From positions 240,006 through 304,005 of the forward strand of contig NW_005434672.1 of NCBI RefSeq assembly GCF_000315625.1: a stretch of DNA of 64,000 nucleotides, read 5' to 3'. The translations under genes and the position numbers were made by a program. Positions 48,704 through 59,769 of the stretch are shown piece by piece. The DNA comes from Guillardia theta CCMP2712. Lineage: Eukaryota > Protista > Cryptophyta. The notes below the pieces were generated by a model. The model did not search any database and was not told the origin of the DNA. It saw only the letters and a list, made by a program, of their open reading frames with translations. How positions within the stretch are numbered: position 1 is the first letter of the stretch; the number at the start of each line of letters is the position of its first letter.

Positions 48704-49514
48704 GTTGGAGGGTAGAGTAAGTGTCGTGGGGGAGGTGGTGCACAGATAGTCTGGATAGGTGGATAGGGAGAGAAAGGGTGGGCTGTCTGTCTGTAGCCTG
48801 GTGGTTGTAGCTTGCTGGCCGTGCCTGGTGCTCCGGGCTGAGTGTGCTGGTGGCAAGGCTGCGGACAGAGAGGTCTTGTATGGAAGGGCGCAGGGGGAAA
48901 GTGGACATGGAGGCGGATCTGAGGTCACGGGATCACGCTGACGGGAGCATGCTGAAGCGACGCGAGGGTGCATTTTACCTCACGTATCACCAAGCAGCAT
49001 TCGAAGCCGCGAGAAGCGTCTCGAGTTGTCTCGCTCTACTCTCGGAGATCAAGTCCGAGAAGGTGAGTGTTTTCGCATTCCTGCTCCGGGCCGGATTTAT
49101 GACTTGGGCTAGATCGCATCGCTTGGGCGGCTTCAGAGAATGGAGGCCGGAAAGAGCTGCGTTATCAGGGTTAGCGGACCGTGACAGGTGCTCTGCAGAC
49201 ATATCTCCTAACTGTCTTGGTCGCCAAGCTCCGACATCCAAAAAGGGTGTGCCAGGCTGGCAAGTGGACGATGCCGACTCAAGACCAACTCCGACCTCGC
49301 CAATACTATGCTTGACGGCAATCCAGACTGAGGCTCATGATCAACGAGCAATCTCACCATGCCGGCATATCACGATCAAGCTCGACGGCTAAGCGCTCTC
49401 AGTCTCGCCTTGCATTGCTAGCACCCTCGCCATATGCAGACATAGTCGTTTATTCAAGTACATCCAATAACATCATGCTCCCGTTATCCTACATGCATCC
49501 CTCGGCCCTCCCTC

Positions 49515-50030
49515 TCAATCGCTGCTGTACACCTCCCTCCGGCTCCCTCCCTTGCTCCCCCGCTTCCCCTGGTGCTTGTACGGCCAGTGCCCTACTCCCA
49601 GCCGCCTGCACACCAGCTTCATCGTCGACTTGCCGATGCCGATCTTGGCCGCCGCGACCTCGAGGCTCTCGTGGAAGTGCTCTGCCAGCCGCTCCCGCGT
49701 GATCTCCACCGGCCCGTCCCCTGCCGTGAGCTGCCGGGAGTGGATCACGACGACGTCTGGCCTGGTGGGCAGGCTGCGGAGACGGGCAGCTCCTGCGGCT
49801 GTGCGGGACGCGCCGAGGCCCTGAGACGCTGCCTCTGGCTGATCTGGCGTCGGGGACTCCGGAATCCTGTGGGCGGCGATGTAGCAGCTGTCGAGCTGGT
49901 CTTCGGGCTCGTCCGGGATGCCGACGGCGTCGAGGGCGGCGGCCCAGTCTCCGCCGAGCACGAGAGGGGAGGCAAGCAGAGCGTGCCAGTCTGGCTCGAA
50001 TGCAAATTGATCGATTTGGTTCAGTAACAT
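49515..50030 (-). CDS. RWP-RK protein, family B copy 6, with a short alternative N-terminus (171 aa)
   Basis: ATG at 50030; MLLNQIDQFA fused in frame to FEPDWHALL…. Confidence 0.7.
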   Translation of the reverse strand: MLLNQIDQFAFEPDWHALLASPLVLGGDWAAALDAVGIPDEPEDQLDSCYIAAHRIPESPTPDQPEAASQGLGASRTAAGAARLRSLPTRPDVVVIHSRQLTAGDGPVEITRERLAEHFHESLEVAAAKIGIGKSTMKLVCRRLGVGHWPYKHQGKRGSKGGSRREVYSSD

Positions 50031-50534
50031 TATGATTTTAATGTGTGTTCTTCAATGTGATGTTTCCTTTCTGATGTTGTTTCAGACACTTGATGCTCTT
50101 GCTTTGCTGTTGTCCCCTTTCCCTGTCTACAGTCCTTGAAAAGGGTGGCCATGGAGCGTTGCGAGTTTTTCGTAGGGGTCACGGGACACACATTGAGGTC
50201 ACGGGATAAAGTTCGAACGGTCGAGAAACGTCTCGTCTAGCCCTTCGTTTCAACGGTCGGTTCGGAGCCTGACTCCGATTATTATTACTCAACAAGCTTC
50301 CGATTCTGGCCGTTGGGGAATTTGTCCGAGTCACGTTACTCCGGGGCTCCAGGCGGCCAAACGACGTGAAAACTGTTTGAGAGCCCATGTGCCTTGTCAG
50401 CACCTTATCTGTCTGATCTTGTGCCGGCTCCCTTCCCCACAACTCGCCACTAAAACAAACTCCGAAACCTTCCTTCCTACACAAACAAGAAGCGGTAACC
50501 ATCGAACACGATTCAGCCATAAGATACAACACTC

Positions 50535-51242
50535 ATGTCAACCAGCGAGAAGAACAGTTACAAAGATACGCATTCGGCACACAATATCCCTTCCAATTCC
50601 CTATCAAGCTACTTAAATGACGCCGACTGGCTGGACTTGTCTACCTCGACCGCCGGCTCCCAGCCCTCCTCCGCCTTCTCTTCTCCCACCGAGGCTCCCC
50701 TCAAGTCATACCCCATCCCAAGCCTCCCCAAGGCGCCTGGAGCTTGTAGGGCTGGCTTCGAGCCAGACTGGCACGCTCTGCTTGCCTCCCCTCTCGTGCT
50801 CGGCGGAGACTGGGCCGCCGCCCTCGACGCCGTCGGCATCCCGGACGAGCCCGAGGACCAGCTCGACAGCTGCTACATCGCCGCCCACAGGATTCCGGAG
50901 TCCCCGACGCCAGATCAGCCAGAGCCAGCGTCTCAGGGCCTCGGCGCGTCCCGCACAGCCGCAGGAGCTGCCCGTCTCCGCAGCCTGCCCACCAGGCCAG
51001 ACGTCGTCGTGATCCACTCCCGGCAGCTCACGGCAGGGGACGGGCCGGTGGAGATCACGCGGGAGCGGCTGGCAGAGCACTTCCACGAGAGCCTCGAGGT
51101 CGCGGCGGCCAAGATCGGCATCGGCAAGTCGACGATGAAGCTGGTGTGCAGGCGGCTGGGAGTAGGGCACTGGCCGTACAAGCACCAGGGGAAGCGGGGG
51201 AGCAAGGGAGGGAGCCAGAGGGAGGTGTACAGCAGCGATTGA
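50535..51242 (+). CDS. RWP-RK protein, family B copy 7, inverted, with an alternative N-terminus (235 aa)
   Basis: ATG at 50535; MSTSEKNSYKDTHSAHNIPSNSLSSYLND fused in frame to ADWLDLSTST…. Confidence 0.75.
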   Translation: MSTSEKNSYKDTHSAHNIPSNSLSSYLNDADWLDLSTSTAGSQPSSAFSSPTEAPLKSYPIPSLPKAPGACRAGFEPDWHALLASPLVLGGDWAAALDAVGIPDEPEDQLDSCYIAAHRIPESPTPDQPEPASQGLGASRTAAGAARLRSLPTRPDVVVIHSRQLTAGDGPVEITRERLAEHFHESLEVAAAKIGIGKSTMKLVCRRLGVGHWPYKHQGKRGSKGGSQREVYSSD

Positions 51243-51471
51243 GGGAGCCTCGGAGGGCCGAGGGATGCATGTAGGATAACGGGAGCATGATGTTATTGGA
51301 TGTACTTGAATAAACGACTATGTCTGCATATGGCGAGGGGGCTAGCACATTGAATACAGAGTTTGGGGGACAGTAGTCGGCAGGATTGGGTTTGGTTCTC
51401 GCTGTCTTTTCTCTTCTCGCCGTTTGGCCTGTGCGACAGTGTCAGGGTCAACTTCCGCGGCGGCCTCCTCG

Positions 51472-52200
51472 ACTCTCCTGATTGTCCTCGTACTGATTTT
51501 TAACTTAACTTTGAGTAAAAGAATACAGAGGCGAGCCTGACGGTTCTTAGCTTTGATTCTGATATNNNNNNNNNNNNNNNNNNNNNNNNNNNNNNNNNNN
51601 NNNNNNNNNNNNNNNNNNNNNNNNNNNNNNNNNNNNNNNNNNNNNNNNNNNNNNNNNNNNNNNNNAGCAGTGACGGTCAGCAAGCCCTATGAGTGAAGAC
51701 TCAAGACTGAGTTAACGGTGGAAACGCCCGCAGGGGCCCGAGGCCGAGCCCGCGCGCCGACGCGAGCACCCAGGGGGCCACGACCCGACCATACAGGCTG
51801 CGACGGCGGCTCGGAGATCCGGCATCATACCGAAACCGGGCGGTCACCCGGTGACCGTGCCCCGGGCCCCCCGGGCTCGGCGCGGCCCGGGCCGGGCCCG
51901 GCGGGCCGGGTGCCGCCGCCCGGCCGCCGCCCGGGGCCCAGTGCCGGGCGGCCCGGCCCAGTGCACTCACTGAACTGAGCCGGGTCACCCGGGTGGTCGG
52001 AACTCCTCCGAGGTTCAAGTTTCACCGCCGGTCCGTCACTGGCACGGCGTGACGGGTATCTGGCACTGAGCCCGGGACGACGCCGGTCGGACGGTCACGC
52101 CGCGGCCGCCGCCGGGCTGTGTCGGTGACTCAGTGTAGGCTACAGTTGAACCTTTACTCAAAGTTAAGTTAAAGATCAGTACCAGGACAATCAGGAGAGT
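51472..52200. repeat. 48-bp inverted repeats (51472-51519 and 52153-52200, 46/48 identical) enclosing a gap and a GC-rich island
   Basis: ACTCTCCTGATTGTCCT(C/G)GTACTGAT(T/C)TTTAACTTAACTTTGAGTAAA on opposite strands. Confidence 0.85.
51566..51665. other. Assembly gap (100 N)
   Basis: N run. Confidence 0.99.
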
Positions 52201-52755
52201 TTCCGACCACACAGGAGGAAACTTGTCTTCAGTTTACAGCTCTCCATTTGTGACTGTGAAAGGTTCCGAAAACACAACTTTCCAAGGAGGTAAATACGGC
52301 CAATGCACTATTTTCGAAAGTCCGGTCCATTTTTAAAATGTCAAGAGCCATATTGTGAAGTGCGATTGTGATAAGGGGAATTTTACACCCTCACAACCAT
52401 GGGTAGGGGTACCAACCCCCTCGATTCATGCAGGGATCTGACAAGAGTTCGACCTTCGACGGGGGAGTCAACCTGGAGGAGATAGGGGTGGAGGAATATG
52501 TAGTTGAGATGGTGGGTGTAAAATAGAAGATGAAAGGGGGTGGGGGTAGCAACGTACGTGGGGGTGGGGGAGTGGGGCTGGGGAGATGAGGCCCTTGGCG
52601 ACTGGGAACGAGGCAGTGGTACCAAACTGAACGATGAGAATGTCGAGAGTGAGCGAGTCAAGTGACAATCAGATGATAAGATCGCATGGATTAGGATGAC
52701 GTGAGGTTCAATGGGGTAAGATTGGGTGGGGCAGCACTGGATGGGATTTGGGAAC

Positions 52756-52837
52756 AGGAAGTGGAGTAGGAAGTGGAGTAGGAAGTGGAGTAGGAAGTGG
52801 AGTAGGAGTAGGAAGTGGAGTAGGAAGTGGAAGTGGA
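52756..52837. repeat. (AGGAAGTGGAGT)n 12-bp repeat upstream of PLGG1
   Basis: Directly visible, ~6 imperfect copies. Confidence 0.85.
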
Positions 52838-52990
52838 ATGGGATGAGACGGTGGTGGATTAGACGAGGTGGGATGGGATGGGATGGATTCTCGTCATTTT
52901 GACCAAATGATAGAACTCTGCACGTTTTGTTGAACTTTGTTCGGAAAGGACTTAGTTTCAGGTGCACTTATTTCTCAAATTTGTTCGCAG

Positions 52991-54847
52991 ATGACCAGGC
53001 CGCAAATCTTGGTGGGAATGGCTCTGGTGGCATGCATTCCTCACAGCGTGGAGGCCATGCCGGCTTCCTTCATTACTCATGCTACTGGCCTTCACAAACC
53101 ACACAACTTGCATCGACATTTCGGAGGACAATGCCGCTCGGATGCAGTATGTAAACCGATCCGGAGCCCAAGCAGCTTGAAGCTGCAATCTAGTGGCGCA
53201 GCAGGAGGAGATGCACAACGAAACATCAGACAGGAACCGTTGTCGAGCTCACGGTTTCAATCTTTGATGCAAAGGGGGATTCAGATCTCATTAGGAGCGG
53301 CTCTGATATTTGCTTTCGAGAGGAGCATATTTTTGTTGGGCAGGTATTTAGGGCAAAGAATCCCCTCGGCCCCAGTTGGAATGCTACTCGTTTTCCTTAT
53401 TCTCCTATCAATCCATGCATTCAATCCCGATGCTTCGCATAGATTGACACAATGGTTCGAGCCTTCTCTTCTCTTCTACAACAAAGGAGTGCCCCTGTTC
53501 TTCTCTCCTCCTCTTGTTCAGCTGCCTCTCTCTCTGGGAGCCATCCCCTTCCTGAGCTCCGCAAAGCTCCTTCTGGTCATTTTGTCCGGAACTGTTGTCT
53601 CGATGATCTTGACAGGTTTGGCAACGAATTTTCTGGTTTCAAACAGCCCACACGAAGAGAGGCCCAAGGTTGTTTTGGATCCAGACGATAAAGAAACGCT
53701 CATCCAGCCGCTCGAAAAAGTAGCTCCAAAGACCTCTCCAGTCTTGAAAGCTGCAATGGTCATGACTGTTGTCAGTGCAATCATTCAGAGCGACTTCTTG
53801 TTCTTAATTTCGTTCAGTATAGCAGCACTTCAGTTCGGAAAAACGTTCTCTCCAGAAATCAGAACATTCCTGCCTGCGATTATCACATGCTCAGCTTTAA
53901 CTTCTTCAATGGTGTGCGCTCTTGGATGGCTGCGACTGGATGGAAATTGGGTAGCTGCACTGCAGGCGTACAAGACCTCAAGTGGGGGAATTCTCGGAGG
54001 CACCGGTGTTGGAGATGTCACCTTTGCACTTGCAGCTCCTGCCATTGTAGCCCTCGGTCTGACCTGAAATGATTGTTGTGATGTTTACTCACTAAGACAA
54101 AAGGCTTCCGACTTTATGAGCAACGATATTTACTGAAGAGAAACATCATCCCCATGCTCGGTACGGCTCAGTTTCTATCTCAAACTTAAAAGTCACTCCT
54201 TGCGGATCAGGTGGAAGCGCAATCACAGCAGTCCTCTCTGTTGCCTTCACTGCATTGGTGCGGCAGAGCCGTGCCATCGAGGAGAATTCTGATAATCCTT
54301 TTCAGGCAAGCAAGCTGATTCGCCTTCCATCGGAGCTCGGTCTCAGCCTAGTGACTCGTTTTGTAACGCTTCCTATGGCCGTTCCCATCGTCGAATCTGT
54401 TGGAGCGAACCTTGGCATTGCTGCACTTGCAGTCTGTCTGCAGGTGAAATTGTTACGGATGCTGCTGCGCGATTCTGATTTGCATGGGATTTTCTTTTTC
54501 GGTCTCTGCAGGGTATTCTTGGAGCGACTTTTGGCACGAAGCTGCTTGATCTTGTGGGAGTTCGCGATACCATCGCCAGAGGGGTAGCAACAAGTCACGG
54601 CTGCTTGCTTCTCTGCTCACTTGGCTGTCGCAGGTGGCCATGGGTGGAACCTCGCATGCTCTAGGCACCGCATCGGTTGCATCTAGTGAGCCCAAGATTT
54701 CGCCACCTTCTGCTGTTACGTTCCTACTATCGGGCAGGTGAGAGATGTTGTATCGGGAGGAAAGTACTTGACTTGATTCTCAGCTTTATGGTGGCCTTCA
54801 TGCAAGTGACTTTCATTAGAAACTTTGTCGTTGCGCTATTTGCATGA
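52991..54847 (+). CDS. PLGG1: Plastid glycolate/glycerate translocator (LrgA-LrgB fusion, PLGG1-like) with bipartite targeting presequence
   Basis: IPSAPVGMLLVF, VPLFFSPPLVQLP, APAIVALG, SLVTRFVTLPMA, ARG…AMGGTSHALGTA; N-terminal hydrophobic signal then …ASF and a Ser/Arg/His-rich transit-like segment. Confidence 0.85.
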
Positions 54848-54944
54848 TATTCTTTTATTTGTAACATTCCCCATGCTATTCAAAATGATACTTGTAATAT
54901 TGTTGTATCTTCAAAATTATGAATCCTGATAAAAGTTGTCGCGA

Positions 54945-56339
54945 TCATGTAGTCTTCCGCTTCATCATCTCGGCCATCAAGTTCATCTGCATATTCCTGG
55001 GGTGGAGCTGCATGAGATAGCATCCTTCTTGTAACAGCAAGACTCACCTCCTTTCGTCCTCAGGTGTTCGTATCGCCCTGACAACTTCCTTGGTCTTGCC
55101 AAAGTAGACTTCATAAAGAGCATCCCGCATCCTCCCTTCCATCTCTTCCACCATTTCTCCCATGTTCGCCACGTGACTTGTCTGCCATCTGCTCAGCAGT
55201 TGCCCACAAACACCATCGTTATGTTGACCTTGTCTGAGAAAGATTTCTCACGCTCCATCGTCCGTGTTAGCGAGCCTGACAGGTCAAACTCCGAGCTCTT
55301 GCCCTAGAGGGAGGGATGAGAGGAGAGAGGGTGATGGGTTTCCCCCCTCTACCTGGTAACTGGCATCGAGCGATAGCATGACGGTGGTCGTCAGTTTGTA
55401 CCTGACGGGGCAGTAAGGCAGGCAGCTCAGGTAACAGCGTTTCTAAGCTCACTTTGCCCGCTTCTCGGCATCGGAGACCTTAGCTTCGATGACGTGGATG
55501 GAGTTCCATGTACCTGAAGTGACAGCCGCTTGCCTGCAAGATCTGGTGAGAAAGACTCGAGCAACATCAACATCTCTCTGCATCATCGGCTTACGCTGGG
55601 TCCGCGTTCTCCGGCATCGGGACTGGAGAAGTCGGGCAGCTTTCGCAGCACGTCATTGACTTGGAAACACTCAGATGGACATCGTACTCTTTGTGGATCG
55701 CAATACAGCATGCAAATCCTCCTGCATCCCTGTAAGGACCCCAGCGCGTGCACAGGTGACACAAGACCTTCGTTGTCCCAGAAGTATGTCGAGGATACCC
55801 CCCCGTCCTGCCCTGGGTCACTTGCAATCTAGATCCCAGCAGCGACATTCTCACGTAGTACAATGCTCTGTACTGATCGAACGCCTCCAGCGCGCAAAGT
55901 TCAAGTGACCTGTGGCAGAGCAGGCGCATGAAACTGTCATCTACTACTCGATCAGCAAGAGCGGGAAATGCCTGATTTCCTCCGATGGCACGATGCCGTC
56001 CTCCAACGGGGGGACGTACTGGTTCGACCATGGCGATCTGCTCAGATGCATGAGGCGCGAGAGCTTAGAGAGCATCTCTTGACCGGTAAGAGTCTCCGTC
56101 CCTGTTGTAGTCACAGACGATGAAGTCTGCCAGTGCGATCAGATAGCTAGGGAGGGTCAACCTACTAGTCAACAACCTTTCCCCGAGGATGGGCACTTGA
56201 GGACCTTCAGCGGCTGGTCGACAGCAGAAAGAAGGTCGTCGACGAGGTCAGGAACAAGCACGAGCATGTCGCTCAGGTCCTGCTCCACGTGCCTTGGACG
56301 CATCCTCCTCGTCAGATCCATCGCCGCTTGGAACGCCAT
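54945..56339 (-). CDS. CAPZB: F-actin capping protein subunit beta
   Basis: AAMDLTRRMRP, DDLLSAVDQPLK, DYNRDGDSYR, SPWSNQYVPPLEDG, AFDQYRALYY, GGVSSTYFWD, TWNSIHV, HVANMGEMVEEMEG, EVYFGKTKEVV. Confidence 0.93.
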
Positions 56340-56625
56340 GTCACCGGCCTGAGATACAGATGACGAGGGGGTGGGGTACGTAAGAAGGGTGGGTGGTATC
56401 TACAATTGTGCATAAGAAAGCGGGGTGATGGGGTCCAAAGAACGGGTGGTCAGGCAAAATGAGCAGGGCGCTTCGAAAGTACGAAAAAGCAGAATGAGAG
56501 GATCGGGAGGAGGAGGAAGGGGAGAAAAGGAGGAAGATAACAAGCTAGGAGTGAGAGGTTGACGATGTTGCCCTCTCGTTCTGGCGAAGCTCCACGTGAC
56601 GAGTGATCGTGAAGCTCTGTGGGAC

Positions 56626-59194
56626 ATGGACGAGAGCACATTGCTAGTTATGAGGGAGTGCCTTGCTTGGATGTCGGAGCTATCAGCAGAGGATCTCATG
56701 CCCGAGCACGGAGACCTCGCTAGAGATGGCGATCCTTCCTCAACTGCTATCCTCCAGAAGTTCTACAAGGCTTCGAAGAATTTCGCAGCCATGGCGCAAG
56801 GCGGAGAGGAGGGTGAAAAGAAGAATCGCGCGCTTCAAAGTCCCGGGAGGTGAGATGTTGTTCTTATGCTATCGGTATCAACACGATTCTCAAAGAGAAG
56901 AGGTGGAGGCATGCTACCTCGGAGTGGTGAAGTGAGTTCGGTCACTTCCAGCCAACGTAGTGGCACTGATGACTTGACAGGCTCTGCATGGGAGAGCTTT
57001 GTGAGCAGGATGGGGCATGGCAACGTGAGTGCAGACAAACTTTATTGCATCTGAAGACATGGCCACGATAGGCGTGAAGATGCAGTGGAGGGTTGTCTAC
57101 AACGTCGCATGCACAATGAAAAGTCTAGTCATCTTGCTTCAAGCACAGTGATATGTTTGTTACACAAGTGACGTGAACTGAAGCGCCGTCGGACAGGGAG
57201 GACGGCATCAGTGGTGAGGAGCTAGACGAAGAGATCAAGACTTCCCTTCGGCTTCTTGACATGTCTCTGATATCGTGCATCGACCTCCCTGTTGACACCA
57301 GGCTCCGTCTTCTGTCAGTTCTACTTCTGTCGGTTGAGGATGGTGACTTCGTGTGGCAGGCAGCAGAACTTAGCGCAGTCACTTCATGAGTTTCTTGTTG
57401 GTCAATGTGCATTGAGGAAGAAGAATGGGAGAGAGGAGGAGGAGGAAGAGGAGGCAGTATGGCAAGATTATCCGTCGAAGAAGTTTAAGAGCAACTTGTC
57501 ACCCTCAACTGAAAACACAAACAGCGAAGCTTCAGTATTGTCACCGGCATCGTCGAGATTGCCATCCGTCAAAGAGCAACTCTTGGAGCAGGACGAGCGA
57601 TGGTTTAAGATGCTTTCTCCACTTGTTTGCTCTGCTGGATCTGTGAGTCCTCGCACGACTGATGGCTGACTTGATGCTTGTCCTCCCCCATCCCCCTAGA
57701 ATCCACCGAGGCGCCAGCAACCCTCTCTTCTATCTTCGTGCTCTACATCGCCTTCTCCTCGCTCTACCTCGCTGATCGTTACTCCCTCCGAGCAGGGAAT
57801 GGCTGTGGACACTATCAGTGCAAAGGACCTCCAAACATTTCGACAATATCATGTCAAGGTGTGGAGAGGAGAAACGAATTGAAACTTCTGATGCAAGAAT
57901 GGTTCAGAGAGAACCGGTTGTCTTGTCCGAAATGACATGCGACTGGCCTGCCAGAGAGCTATGGCTGAAGGTGCTTGATACGATGAATCATAATTTTGCA
58001 TCAACTGAAAATCGCAACTTGCTCGATCTCCATCATCTCTATCATCCCAAAAAGCATTCATATCTTTCATCACGAGTGTTCTGCTGTGTTAGACTGATGT
58101 AGCTCTAGGATGATTACCTCAAGAGGGTTGCCGGGTACCGCACAGTCCCTGTTGAGGAAGGAAGGTGATTCATACTGCACTTTATCCGCCGCATGACATG
58201 ATACGCTCAGGTATACAGACACAACAACGCGTACTCGACTTGCCCGAGTCGATCACATTCTTTACCTGATGCAGGTTCAACTTTCTCGCTCTTACTGCAC
58301 TGACCCACTCATGACGTATGTGGCGCAGGAGGAGCAGGAGGGAGGGGAACAGGAGAAGCTCTATCTCGCCCAGCATCTCCTATTTGAGCAGGTGATGTCT
58401 CTATGTACTTCCCTTCCTCATCGCCCGGTCAGATCCCCCAGCTCAAGGCTGACCTCCTCGTCCCTCCCATGTGCCTGGAGTCAGAAGAAGCAGTGTCCAT
58501 GTGCGAGCAGAAGGCCATGCACAAAGATACCAAGAAGGAGGGAAAGGAAAAGAAAAATGAGGAGGACGAGGACGAGGACGAGGACGAGGACAAGGACAAG
58601 GACGAGGAGGACGATGACGAGACAAGGAGGAAGTCAAATTTGGCAGGGAGTGGCACACTCGTCAAAATGAACGCGTGGTTCGGCCCGAGAGGTTGGTAGG
58701 AAGTGCGAGCAGAGCTGAAGGTTAAGTTTGCCCAGGAACAATCTCCCCCCTCCATCAGGACCCCCAGGACAACATCCTGTGCCAGGTCTACCCTGGCTGC
58801 TGCTCAGCTCCTGCTGGGAGACTCGAGTGAGACAAGGAGCAGGTGAAGGGCGTTAAGTACGTGAGACTGTACGGGGTGGAGGCGACGGGACGTTTGAAGC
58901 CAGGAGGAGCTAATCTTTCCAATACGAGCTCCCTTGAGATTGACCTTGACTTGAGTGCGATGCCAAACATCTTCACTTCTCCTGCTACTCCTCCTGCTCT
59001 TTCCTCTCTTCCTATGTGTTTCTTCCCATTCTTCTCCATCTCCTCCTCGTCCTCTCTGTGAGCACCTCAACTCCTCTTGCTTTGCGGACTCTCCTACCCG
59101 CTCTCTTAAATCATTATCACCTCTGCATTGGTATTCACTTGCTACAGTTTCTTCATCCAGAGACAACCAAGTTCCCGAGCAACTTCCCTTCAGG

Positions 59195-59258
<64 letters not shown>

Positions 59259-59471
59259 CTACTTCCCCAGACCTCCCAGTTTTTTTTACGTTTTCCCCGT
59301 CCCACGCTTTTTCACCGGCCTTTCCCTCACCTTCATCTTGTATTTGCCCCTAAACTCCTTCCTTGTGTTGTATCAGTGATCCGAATATATTTTCTTCTCT
59401 CCTTTCCGCCTTATCTTCTCATCTCTTCCCTTCTTTGTTCTTCTACTCCTGCTCCTGCCCCTGCCCCTGCC

Positions 59472-59502
<31 letters not shown>

Positions 59503-59696
59503 GTCCTACTTATATTCCTCCTCCTCCTGCTCATCCTCCTCCTCCTCCTGCTCTGACGAGTGTGACTAGGGAACTCATCCTCCATCAAGGAGACGCTCTC
59601 TTCATTCCTGCTGGGGTCTGGCACTACGTACGCTCCCTCTCCTCCTCCATCTCCGTAAACTTCTGGTGGACCAGCAAGGCGAAACCATGTACATAA
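56626..59696 (+). CDS. JmjC (cupin_8) hydroxylase, JMJD5/KDM8-like
   Basis: DWPA…W, [80 protein letters not shown]…SVNFWW (HxD…H triad). Confidence 0.9.
59196..59257. repeat. (CTCCTG)n intronic microsatellite (second run at ~59445-59500)
   Basis: Directly visible. Confidence 0.9.
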
Positions 59697-59769
59697 AACC
59701 AAACGGCAACACATCCTCCCTTCTCCTGCTTCTCCTCCTCTTGCCCCATATTTTCTTCCTCCTCCTCTT

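Larger units (their letters stand above)
41653..50000. repeat. Tandem array of ~1528-bp units (5 full plus 1 partial), each carrying one RWP-RK gene
   Basis: ORF stops at 41879, 43403, 44931, 46459, 47987 and 49515 (periods 1524, then 1528); units near-identical. Confidence 0.97.

Noticed and set aside
41653-50000. Array as an LTR element, rDNA or satellite
   Set aside because: Each unit encodes an RWP-RK protein and has no gag/pol, transposase or rRNA motifs.
6440-51242. Calling this a mating-type (MID-like) locus
   Set aside because: RWP-RK membership alone does not establish MID orthology; it needs phylogeny and strain comparison.
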